The translations under genes were made by a program, and so were the position numbers. DNA of 64,000 nucleotides from Fidelibacterota bacterium. Lineage in GTDB: Bacteria; Fidelibacterota; Marinisomatia; Marinisomatales; JABMOV01. The stretch's first letter is position 1. Each line of letters starts with the position of its first letter. The stretch covers positions 1 to 64,000 of the forward strand of contig JBHHUC010000003.1 in assembly GCA_046861395.1 (NCBI GenBank). The letters are read 5' to 3'. Below, piece after piece: positions 41,074-50,340 of this stretch. Under the pieces are notes generated by a model that was given only the letters and a program-made list of their open reading frames with translations, was not told the origin of the DNA and searched no databases.

Positions 41074-43854
41074 TTAAAAATTCATTGCAATGCCCAAGGT
41101 AACCAGGCGGGGAGAGCGATAGAAATTCGGTCTGGTCTGGTATTCTTTCCAGGTATGAATACCCGGCTCCCCATAATGGTTCTTGAAAGCATCGGTTTCC
41201 TGTTGGGACTGATTGACAAAGGTATATCCGGCTCGACCCGTATCGTTAAACACGTAACGCTCATTGCGCCGGTCGAACAGATTATATATTTTGGCGAAGA
41301 TGCTGTAGTGTATGCCAATTATCTTCAGTGATTTATTCATAAGCAGGTCAACGGATTGCTGCCAAGGTTTGCGGCCGCTATTTGGATCAGGGTTGATGTT
41401 CTGCAGTTCCGTATATTTCGGATAATCCGGTGTATAGGGCCATCCGCTGGATAGTTTGGTAATTATGCTGACGCTCCAGTTATTCGGTTCACTGAACGTC
41501 GTAGTAGCATTAATAATGTGGGACTGGTCCCAACTAAGCGGTACAATGTTTTTTTCTTCTTCTATCCCGGAAATCGCATTCAGGAAAAAGGACCCACTTT
41601 CCACTGCATTACCGTCCGTGACCTGATACGTGTAATCGAGAAAAGCTGAGAGTTTCGTCACGGGGTCCCGGGCTTTTGTGAGGCTGAAAGTAAATCCTTT
41701 TACTGTGCCATAATCCTTGTTCAGATAAATACTGTATGATTGGGGACCTGACGGGCCTTTGTATTTAATTGTCTGCGATGCCAATAAATCGCGAATATCC
41801 TTGTAAAAAATATTTGTTTCAATGGCCAGGGTCGGAGTGAGTTGCTGCTGCAAACCGAATTCATAGGTAACAGTTTTTTCCGGGTTCAGATCAGCATAGC
41901 CGAGCAGCGGTGATCCTGATACACCAATGATGGGTTCCCGGAAAAGATAGCGAAGCGTGGGCATTTGATAGAAATGGCCATAGGAAAAATGGAAGATACC
42001 CTGATCGGTAATGGGTAATGCCACCCCAATCCGCGGTGACCACATTTGTTTCGGTTTCGCTATTTTCCTTTCTCCGCTGGGATTCAAAAGATCCGCAATG
42101 TATTCCGCATTCGGATCGAATGAATCATAGCGCAATCCAATGTTCATGATGAAGTTCTGATATTCCAGCTTATCCTGCACGTACCCGGAAATAAACTTGG
42201 CTGTCTTGTTATAATGGCTGTGGCTGGAGGTCGAATTTTCCGGAAGAATGGTCGGGATACGATACTTTACACCATCGAACAGGATTGTGAAAATGCGTTC
42301 ATCCAATTCGTCGATCCGATAGCTCAAACCAGACTTCAATTCATGTCGGGGATTAATCTGACTGGTAATATCGAACTTTCCCCCCTTTGACAGGGAACTG
42401 CGGTAACTATGGGTACGCTCCGTCCCACCGAAATTGAAAGTAGCTGAACTGGGTTGTCCAAATATCCTCAGTGATTCATAATAACCGTGGTTGTACAATT
42501 CATATTGTTCCCTACCCAAAGAATCAAGCGTCGCCACGATGTAGAATCCGGTACGATCCGGATCAACGCTGGAATATGCCTTATCAAGATCAATAGGGTC
42601 CGAGTAATAATGTTTGTAATCCGTGTTACCGGAAAATACATTTAATTCGTAAAAGGTTTTGGCACTGAGAGCGTGATTGAATTTCAGAGAATAATTATTG
42701 TTGTTTGATTCCTGATCACCTACGCCGTCAGGATTGTATTTATAGCTGTGGATATAACTCTTGTAATTACTTCTCCCATGTAAATATTGTCCGGATATTT
42801 TAATCATGGGAGAAATTTTATAGGTAAGCTTAAAGAGGATATCCGACCCTTGCGATGTATTCATGGGAACGATGCTGGAATCCCCGCCCATCTGATATTC
42901 ATATTCACCGGAAATGGGGAAATAGGCCCAATCACCGGGCGTATGCTCCCGGACTCCATAATAATACCCCTGATTGTCCCGGTATTTTCCGGTCAGATTG
43001 AAGGTGATGCGGCGACCTAAATTTATCACGGGAACAGGTCCATTCAACGTACCTTCAATAACATATCGGGCAGTGGGATTGACATCATCAATATTTAGAT
43101 AAATATCCGTATCATTGGATATATAATCACCAGAATAGGCCGTCAGATTGCCATGATATTGTTTCCCACCTTCTTTGATCTGCAGGTTGACAACACCGCT
43201 CATGGCATTTCCGTATTCGGCATTGAACGCCCCGCTGATAACTTTCATTTCTTCGAGAGCCTGGTTGGATACATTAATCGCCAGACTATTGGTAAAAAAT
43301 GGATTGGAGACGGAAACACCATCAATATAATACGCAACTTCATTATCGCGTCCACCACGGATATGCAAGGCACCATTGGCCCCCACATTCACGCCGGCCT
43401 GTGTTGTGAGTACCCCCAAGAAATTTTCCACGGGCATGGCCTTGATTTCTTCCGCCGTGGTTGTTTTTTGTGAAGCAGTCAAATCTTTCTGAATCATGGG
43501 GCGCTCCGCCACAACCGTTACTTCCTGGCCCTCCAGGACTTCAGGGGTCAGAGCAAAGTTTTGAATGGTTGTCTGATCCAGACTCACACGAATATCGGTT
43601 ACTTTTATTGTGGTATAACCGATATAGGTAGCTTTAACGTTATACGTCCCGGATGGTATGTTCAGAATGGTATAATTCCCATTTGCATCGGAGGCCGTTC
43701 CTACGGATAAATCTTCCACCAGGATATTTACACCGATTAGCGGATCATTCGTTTCAGCATCGATAACCCGGCCTGAAATCTTTCCTCCACCGGCATAACT
43801 CACGGTCATTCCCATAACCAGCATTAAGAAGGGTAACCATTGTGTTTTTCTCAT
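41074..43854 (-). CDS. TonB-dependent receptor with carboxypeptidase-regulatory-like N-domain
   Basis: GKISGRVID..PLIGVNI, plug HIRGGR...YYIDGV, ISGAFNAEYGNAMSGVVN, GLRYD, PEKTVTYEFG, NLFD, terminal F. Confidence 0.92.
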   Translation of the reverse strand: MRKTQWLPFLMLVMGMTVSYAGGGKISGRVIDAETNDPLIGVNILVEDLSVGTASDANGNYTILNIPSGTYNVKATYIGYTTIKVTDIRVSLDQTTIQNFALTPEVLEGQEVTVVAERPMIQKDLTASQKTTTAEEIKAMPVENFLGVLTTQAGVNVGANGALHIRGGRDNEVAYYIDGVSVSNPFFTNSLAINVSNQALEEMKVISGAFNAEYGNAMSGVVNLQIKEGGKQYHGNLTAYSGDYISNDTDIYLNIDDVNPTARYVIEGTLNGPVPVINLGRRITFNLTGKYRDNQGYYYGVREHTPGDWAYFPISGEYEYQMGGDSSIVPMNTSQGSDILFKLTYKISPMIKISGQYLHGRSNYKSYIHSYKYNPDGVGDQESNNNNYSLKFNHALSAKTFYELNVFSGNTDYKHYYSDPIDLDKAYSSVDPDRTGFYIVATLDSLGREQYELYNHGYYESLRIFGQPSSATFNFGGTERTHSYRSSLSKGGKFDITSQINPRHELKSGLSYRIDELDERIFTILFDGVKYRIPTILPENSTSSHSHYNKTAKFISGYVQDKLEYQNFIMNIGLRYDSFDPNAEYIADLLNPSGERKIAKPKQMWSPRIGVALPITDQGIFHFSYGHFYQMPTLRYLFREPIIGVSGSPLLGYADLNPEKTVTYEFGLQQQLTPTLAIETNIFYKDIRDLLASQTIKYKGPSGPQSYSIYLNKDYGTVKGFTFSLTKARDPVTKLSAFLDYTYQVTDGNAVESGSFFLNAISGIEEEKNIVPLSWDQSHIINATTTFSEPNNWSVSIITKLSSGWPYTPDYPKYTELQNINPDPNSGRKPWQQSVDLLMNKSLKIIGIHYSIFAKIYNLFDRRNERYVFNDTGRAGYTFVNQSQQETDAFKNHYGEPGIHTWKEYQTRPNFYRSPRLVTLGIAMNF

Positions 43855-43943
43855 AACTTAGCTCTTTGTTGACTTTTTAATTGTCGCCATATATCAGTTT
43901 TGGTTGTACGAATCCCAACGTAAAGATGACGGGAGTAAGAGGA

Positions 43944-43974
43944 AGAAGCGCCACCCGGGGCGGGCGGCGCTTCT
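43944..43974 (-). terminator. GC-rich hairpin after the FG-GAP gene (terminator or processing/stability hairpin)
   Basis: Stem AGAAGCGCC...GGCGCTTCT, followed on the minus strand by only a weak pyrimidine tract. Confidence 0.55.
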
Positions 43975-43985
43975 AATTAATGTTC

Positions 43986-46900
43986 CTATTTCAACAGCAA
44001 CATTTTCTGGGTCTTTTTGAAATGACCCCATTCCAGTGAATATATATAAGCCCCACTGGCAACGGGTGTATCATTCATGTTCAACCCATTCCACTGCACT
44101 AGGTGTCGACCGGCGGACTGAAATTCGTTATCCACCAGTGTTTTCACCAACTGTCCCATCATATTATATATCTTGACCGAAACCTGTTTGTCGATCGGAA
44201 TGATATATTCGATAGTGGTGGTAGGATTGAAAGGATTGGGATAGTTCTGCTTCAGCTGGTAATCATCCGGCGTAATAAAGGCGTACTGATCCACGCCCAC
44301 CACGTCAGTTTCGTTTTCCAACAGTATGAATGCCCAAGCCTTGGAGTTTTCAACCTCCGTCACCGTTGTGTCCCATCCACTGCCGTTCCAGGTAATATTC
44401 GTCGTTGTAATCGTTGGAGACTGTCCCTGGAAACTCACTAGTAATTCATTGTGTCCATCACCATCAAAATCGATGGGAGAGTCATTGAATTCCGCCTGCA
44501 CCTTGGAAGCAAAAGCACCAGAGTGCGTTTGTGATGTGGTCAGGATTCCCGCCGAATCAACGACAGTAATGGATGTGAACACATCCGGTTCACCGGCATA
44601 CAACACCGAGGATGTGTAGCTGAACGGGTCCCTGGGATCCGTTCCAGTGAAGGCCGTGTTTACGACCGTCTTCGGATAGGATGATCCTGTAAAGACCTGA
44701 TTGACACCATCGCCATCCACATCGAATACGGAGGCATAAAAGGCACCGACACTTTCGGCGATTTTCACAACATGGGTCCCGTCTATTGCCAACACATCGT
44801 CACCAGGATTGTAATCGACGACATACAGTTCGCTGGTATAATAATCCGGGAAGAAGGCTTCATCGTTGTCATCACCGTCGATGTCACCAGCACCACCACC
44901 GAACAGGGAAACATGATCGTCGGGATAGGTGGCCTGATAATAATTGGTACCGGTGGCAGGATCTGCTGCCACGTAGGTGTCAGGACCAGTGGAGGTGACA
45001 TTATAGAAGTTGAAATAATTCCAAGTATGATTTACCAACTCATAATTACCATCACCATCCAGGTCTGCCGGTAAGGAATGATATGGTGATCCACCGCCGT
45101 AGTCATTTTTATTCAGGAAGAATTCGCTGACCCAGGTTTCGAAACCATTACCACCGGCATTGTGCTCAATGTCACCATTAACCGATGTAATCAACGTACC
45201 CCGGGTGCTTCCCCGACGGATCATGCTGATCAATTCCTCTTTGCCGTCACCATCGATATCAAAGATAGTGGTTCTTTCATGATCACCACGGAAAGAGGCT
45301 CCATCTCCGGCGCAGCAGGTATCGATTTCCACCATATTCACGCTGGAATAGGTATCGCCATAGTTGTCGCTACCGGCAACACCGTCCCATTCAAAAACCC
45401 ACCAGCCTTCAAGGTTGGTTGTGGCACGGGGAAATACAATTTCCTGTTTCCCGTCACCATCCAGATCGCCTACACCGACTGTGCGCGGGGTTGAAGAATA
45501 ATGGGCATTGGTATCTGCCGGTGACATCCATACCTGTTCAAAGACCTGGTTCACATCATCGTATTCAAATACATATACACGGTGTTCGCTATAGGCCGTG
45601 GCAATCACCTCCTGAGCACCGTCCTGGTCCATGTCCATACCACCGATAACCGTACGCGGAGTTCCACTAACGTCATCAAAGAAGCTGGAATCAGCCGAAG
45701 TATGGTTGAAGGTCGCTCGTAAGGTCCAGCCATCCGCCAGGGATTGCGCGGTGGATGGGTCATATTCCAAAACAATAATTGCAGGCTGATCAACTTCAGT
45801 GGCTTTGATATTCGTTAATACCACTTCCCGCAATCCGTCACCATCCAGGTCAACGGGAGAAATTCGAGGCGGATAATACCGGTCGGCATTACCTCCGACA
45901 CTTTCAAAGATGGTCGTCCATTCATAATTGGTCGAATCGGACGGATCACCAAAACCCAAATATTCCACCCGGGCTACCATTTCTTCCGTTCCGCGGGAGC
46001 AGACAAAATCTGTTTTCCCGTCATTGTCAATATCGCCCATGCTGGCACCACGGCTGCGTCCGCCGAAAGCACCGACCTGAACAAAATCAGCTCCGGTCAA
46101 ATCGGCCACACTGCTGTCCACATTATCCAGATAATACAGAATACCATCTGTCATGGGAAACCAGCCCTCGAGGGCGCCATCACCATCGGCATCGGCAAAA
46201 TACATGTCGTGACTGTTGAAAGATCCGGGATCATTGGCCGCCGGGAAAATTTGGTTCAAATCAACCTGTAAGGAGTATGTATCAGGTCCGGAAGCTTCAA
46301 AAATCGCCATGCTGAACATATCCCAGGTATTGACCCAGATTTCTTTGAACCCATCGTCATCGAAATCCACGACTTCCACGTCATAGATACCACCGCCACC
46401 CAGATCTGTATCATTCAAAAATTCTTCATTGAATGAAGCGAATTCATCAAAGGTGCTGGTAGCCAAGGAATGTACCGTCATACGACGGGCACCACGGTCG
46501 ATTGATACCAATTCAATATCGCCGTCTCCATCAACATCGTCCAATACAAATCCCGCCGGACGGAAGTTGTCCGTAGCGGCGTAACCATATTGGAAGATTA
46601 TAGTCGGGGTCGATGGGAATGCCCCGGATGCATCCTGTTCAAATATATGCGTACCCCAAGTTGCATCATTGCTTCCGACAGCCGGTGGAATGCCAAAATA
46701 GATTTCATACAATCCATCCTGGTCGATATCACCATAGGCTAATCCGGGTAATGAATTACCGGGGTCGGGAGATGTATAGTGCCACACATGTTCATACGAA
46801 TCGTTCCCATTGTTTTCGTACAGGTAAACTTCTACCTGTCCTGGGTCCGGTCCGCCGGGCGCTAAGGTTTCATCCATTGTGAACAAGATTTCACGATGAC

Positions 46901-47099
46901 CGTCACGGTCAAAGTCCATTCCAACCTGTACACTCCGTGCTCCATATCCATCCCGGGTAACAAAATTTGGATCGGTTGTCGGATCCAAACTCCAGGCCAG
47001 ATTAAATCCGGCACTGGTGTTATATTGCGCAAAGGCACCGGAAATAAATAAAAGGAACAGGAATACATTCAACATTGGTATCCTTTTTTTCATTTTCAC
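43986..47099 (-). CDS. Secreted FG-GAP/VCBS repeat protein (two propeller-like halves) with C-terminal sorting domain
   Basis: Many D(I/L/F)DxDG repeats; diverged internal repeat RSVQVGMDFDRDG / RTVIGGMDMDQDG; QNYPNPFNPTT...SGAYIY...KMLLLK. Confidence 0.85.
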   Translation of the reverse strand: MKMKKRIPMLNVFLFLLFISGAFAQYNTSAGFNLAWSLDPTTDPNFVTRDGYGARSVQVGMDFDRDGHREILFTMDETLAPGGPDPGQVEVYLYENNGNDSYEHVWHYTSPDPGNSLPGLAYGDIDQDGLYEIYFGIPPAVGSNDATWGTHIFEQDASGAFPSTPTIIFQYGYAATDNFRPAGFVLDDVDGDGDIELVSIDRGARRMTVHSLATSTFDEFASFNEEFLNDTDLGGGGIYDVEVVDFDDDGFKEIWVNTWDMFSMAIFEASGPDTYSLQVDLNQIFPAANDPGSFNSHDMYFADADGDGALEGWFPMTDGILYYLDNVDSSVADLTGADFVQVGAFGGRSRGASMGDIDNDGKTDFVCSRGTEEMVARVEYLGFGDPSDSTNYEWTTIFESVGGNADRYYPPRISPVDLDGDGLREVVLTNIKATEVDQPAIIVLEYDPSTAQSLADGWTLRATFNHTSADSSFFDDVSGTPRTVIGGMDMDQDGAQEVIATAYSEHRVYVFEYDDVNQVFEQVWMSPADTNAHYSSTPRTVGVGDLDGDGKQEIVFPRATTNLEGWWVFEWDGVAGSDNYGDTYSSVNMVEIDTCCAGDGASFRGDHERTTIFDIDGDGKEELISMIRRGSTRGTLITSVNGDIEHNAGGNGFETWVSEFFLNKNDYGGGSPYHSLPADLDGDGNYELVNHTWNYFNFYNVTSTGPDTYVAADPATGTNYYQATYPDDHVSLFGGGAGDIDGDDNDEAFFPDYYTSELYVVDYNPGDDVLAIDGTHVVKIAESVGAFYASVFDVDGDGVNQVFTGSSYPKTVVNTAFTGTDPRDPFSYTSSVLYAGEPDVFTSITVVDSAGILTTSQTHSGAFASKVQAEFNDSPIDFDGDGHNELLVSFQGQSPTITTTNITWNGSGWDTTVTEVENSKAWAFILLENETDVVGVDQYAFITPDDYQLKQNYPNPFNPTTTIEYIIPIDKQVSVKIYNMMGQLVKTLVDNEFQSAGRHLVQWNGLNMNDTPVASGAYIYSLEWGHFKKTQKMLLLK

Positions 47100-47275
47100 T
47101 CCGTTGTTAAGTTATAAACTCTGAGAGTTCGAATTATGTGAATACTGTATTTTAAGACTTATTTCCCCCAATATCATTAAAAAAAATACAATCTGAAATC
47201 CAGCCGCCCTGCTCTTCCGTTTTTTTCCACCCATTCCCATAGTAAGTTTTTTCAAATCATTTAGGGGTAAGTTTC

Positions 47276-48958
47276 ATGATACGCACTTTTTTTCTGGGCC
47301 TACTGATACCGGTCCTGACTCTTGCGCAGACCGATAATTCCGAGTTCCGAGCCACCTGGGTCATCACCTGGGAACATATGGGAACAACTGCCGAAGTCGG
47401 CCAGGCCAAGATTCGTGAAATCCTGGACAATCACGTGGCAGCCAATATGAATGCCGTCCTGTTCCAGGCCCGGCAATCAGGTACCGCCTATTATAATTCA
47501 TCTTACGAACCCTGGGGCTATTACGCCGGGTATCAGGACCCCGGCTATGATCCCCTGGTGTACGCTGTCTCCGAAGCACATAAACGCGGACTTGAGCTTC
47601 ATGCCTGGTTCAATGTTTTCCAGGCTTCGAGTATGCACACCGGAGCACCGGCCTATGAACACCCGGAATGGGTATGCCGGGATCAAAGTGGAATTCCCAT
47701 GAATGAGGCCCGTGCCTTGAGCCCGGGACTTGATGCCGTCCGTGAATACACACTCAATGTCGCCATGGAATTGGTCAACAATTATGATATTGACGGTTTA
47801 CACCTGGACTATATCCGATGGAATGAATATTCCAACGGCCGGAGGCAGGATTTAACCCCTCAGGAGGAAGAAAGTCTGCTGGACGGAATAATCAGTGAAA
47901 CACAGCTTCAGGCCCTGGAAAACAGCCGTACCGGACGTTACCTGTATGATGTTGACCATCCCTACAGTGCCGGTGTACCGGCCGGGTTTTCTTCCTGGGA
48001 AGAATGGTGGCGGTGGAGTGTTACCGAATTTGTCCAGCAATTGCATGATTCCATCCAAGCCATAAAACCCTACGTGCGATTAAGTGCTGCCGCGCTGGGC
48101 AAGTATAACTGGTCTGGGTGGCAGGGCTACGGGTCGGTGTATCAGGATGCGGCCTTGTGGTTCAATCAGGGCTATGTCGATCAATTAACACCCATGCATT
48201 ACCATTGGACCAACGCATCCGGGTTCCTGGGGATGCTGGTCAATGATTGCCCCAACTGCTGGTCGGATTATCTCACCGATGGAATCATGGCCAATCGTAT
48301 TTACAGTGTCGGGCCGGGTTCGTACATCCTCGACGAAAACGGTGTCTGGTCCAACCATGAATCCATCATCAATGCCGTCCGAACCGTTGACTGGGTGGAC
48401 GGTTTTCAGTTTTTCAGTTACGGTACATGGGATTATCACGATTATTGGTCCGATGCCAGAGAAACATTTTTCAGCCGGAAAACAAAAATGCCTGTCAATG
48501 TATCTGGAACAGGAACGGCGCCGGCGGCGCCAAATCTGATGCTTACGGCCCTGGACAGCCTGCATTATGACATTCAGGTTGTACCGGCTGGCGGTACGGT
48601 GTCATGGACCATCATATATCGTTCCCAAGATGACGTGGTGGATCTTTCATCCGATGAAATTATCCATGTGGACTTTGGCGATTCCCTGGTTCATTTCACA
48701 GATGAATTCGACGGAACTCAGGATTATAATGGCACCTATTTTTATTACGCAACTCAGGCCAATCGTTTCTGGGCCGAATCTGAGCCATCGATTGCTGCAG
48801 AATCCGACTCCATACCATCCTTTGCGCCGGTCATAATCAGTTCCTATCCGGTCCCTCAGGATTCGGTTCCGGTTGCCATCGAAAACCATGGATCCCGCGA
48901 CCGCCAGTGGTGCGATTACAATCACACCGGATCCCGGTCACAGTCTGGTGTGGCGTAA
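47276..48958 (+). CDS. GHL10-family glycoside hydrolase (YddW/DigH-like), N-terminal part of a frame-broken gene
   Basis: EFRATWV, NAVLFQAR, DPL...EAHKRGLELHAW, YDIDGLHLDYIR, YQD..LW...GYVD...PM. Confidence 0.85.
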   Translation: MIRTFFLGLLIPVLTLAQTDNSEFRATWVITWEHMGTTAEVGQAKIREILDNHVAANMNAVLFQARQSGTAYYNSSYEPWGYYAGYQDPGYDPLVYAVSEAHKRGLELHAWFNVFQASSMHTGAPAYEHPEWVCRDQSGIPMNEARALSPGLDAVREYTLNVAMELVNNYDIDGLHLDYIRWNEYSNGRRQDLTPQEEESLLDGIISETQLQALENSRTGRYLYDVDHPYSAGVPAGFSSWEEWWRWSVTEFVQQLHDSIQAIKPYVRLSAAALGKYNWSGWQGYGSVYQDAALWFNQGYVDQLTPMHYHWTNASGFLGMLVNDCPNCWSDYLTDGIMANRIYSVGPGSYILDENGVWSNHESIINAVRTVDWVDGFQFFSYGTWDYHDYWSDARETFFSRKTKMPVNVSGTGTAPAAPNLMLTALDSLHYDIQVVPAGGTVSWTIIYRSQDDVVDLSSDEIIHVDFGDSLVHFTDEFDGTQDYNGTYFYYATQANRFWAESEPSIAAESDSIPSFAPVIISSYPVPQDSVPVAIENHGSRDRQWCDYNHTGSRSQSGVA

Positions 48959-50336
48959 CAATGACAAAACACTGGACATTAACTTTTTCTATAATCTGGA
49001 CTACGCAACAACATATGCTATTTCCATTACTTCGGCCCTGAAGGACATAAACCAGGTTGGACTGGACAGTGATCAGGATGGGATCCCGGATGACAATTAT
49101 GTGCTGACTTTTTATACCTATGACGAAGATCTCTTCGGGCCTCAGATCAACGGTGGTACGGTAACGGATATTTCCCCCTCCCAATCCCTGGATATCGGTC
49201 AGCTTATTACGGTCGTTTTTGATGAAGAAGTGCAATCCTCTTCACTGAACAGTAATACCGTTCAGTTAATCAAGAACAACTCCCCTGTTCCTTACGGCTA
49301 TCATCATTCCGTCCTGAATGATCATTCCATATATACACTCCGACCGGCCACCGGAAATCTTGACCCGAATTCCGTGTATGAATTATCGTTTCTGGACGGC
49401 ATTAATGACCTGTATGGCAATACCATGACTCCGGTGACATTTTCCTTTTCGTCGGAACCCATGAGTTACAGTAATGTCATCATGATTGAGGAATTTGATA
49501 ATGTCAATAACTGGTGGGACCCCACCGGCAGTGGTTCTACCGTTGGTATTTTATCCGGTACCTCCTTCGGGACCAGCAATCAAATCTATATTCCGGGTAC
49601 CTATCCGACGCGATCCGGAAAATTATCCTATGTATGGGACACCGGTGCCAGTGAATGGCTGATTCGGGAATATCTGTCCGGCGGTCCGCCCCGGGATGTA
49701 CAGTTTGACACCAGTTATACGCTGGAATGTTTTATCTATGGCGACGGAAGTCATAATTATTTCCGCTTTGCCTTGGATGATCATTTACCAACCACCGCTG
49801 CCGCTTATCATGAAGTCAGTCCCTGGTATGAAATTGACTGGGAAGGATGGAAACTGGTTTCCTGGGACCTGGGAAGTGATCCAACCGGATCATGGTTGGG
49901 AAATGGTATTCTGGAGGGGACTTTACGAACAGACAGCTTCCAAATGACTTACAATCCCGATTATCAAATCAGTTCCGGTACCATCTATTTTGACGATTAC
50001 AGGTTGGTTCAGAAATATTATAATCTGGCTACGGTCGATGATCGGCCCGCAGTGCCGGCCCAGGTGAAATTATATCCCAATTATCCCAATCCCTTCAACC
50101 CAGTGACTCATATTGCGTTTGATGTTCCCGTGGCCGGATTAACAACCCTGTCCGTTTATGATCTTCAGGGACGCCTGATTCGGGAATTAGTCCGGGAATA
50201 TTTAACACCGGGACATCATCGGGTCACCTGGAATGGAACGGACCGCACCGGAGAATCCGTATCGTCCGGGATGTATTTTTGCCGGCTGCAAACGGAATAC
50301 GGTCAACAGACAATTACCCTGGTTTATATGAAATAG
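48873..50336 (+). CDS. Ig-like (Big_5) domains, beta-sandwich domain and sorting CTD; probable C-terminal continuation of the GHL10 gene in the +1 frame
   Basis: Begins mid-domain (SKTMD) with no signal peptide or RBS; collinear with the C-terminal half of the amidase; YPNPFNP CTD. Confidence 0.75.
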   Translation: MPSKTMDPATASGAITITPDPGHSLVWRNNDKTLDINFFYNLDYATTYAISITSALKDINQVGLDSDQDGIPDDNYVLTFYTYDEDLFGPQINGGTVTDISPSQSLDIGQLITVVFDEEVQSSSLNSNTVQLIKNNSPVPYGYHHSVLNDHSIYTLRPATGNLDPNSVYELSFLDGINDLYGNTMTPVTFSFSSEPMSYSNVIMIEEFDNVNNWWDPTGSGSTVGILSGTSFGTSNQIYIPGTYPTRSGKLSYVWDTGASEWLIREYLSGGPPRDVQFDTSYTLECFIYGDGSHNYFRFALDDHLPTTAAAYHEVSPWYEIDWEGWKLVSWDLGSDPTGSWLGNGILEGTLRTDSFQMTYNPDYQISSGTIYFDDYRLVQKYYNLATVDDRPAVPAQVKLYPNYPNPFNPVTHIAFDVPVAGLTTLSVYDLQGRLIRELVREYLTPGHHRVTWNGTDRTGESVSSGMYFCRLQTEYGQQTITLVYMK

Positions 50337-50340
50337 AATA

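Noticed and set aside
48875..48890. Programmed ribosomal frameshift
   Set aside because: No canonical slippery site, and residues appear to be missing relative to the paralog, which fits a deletion better
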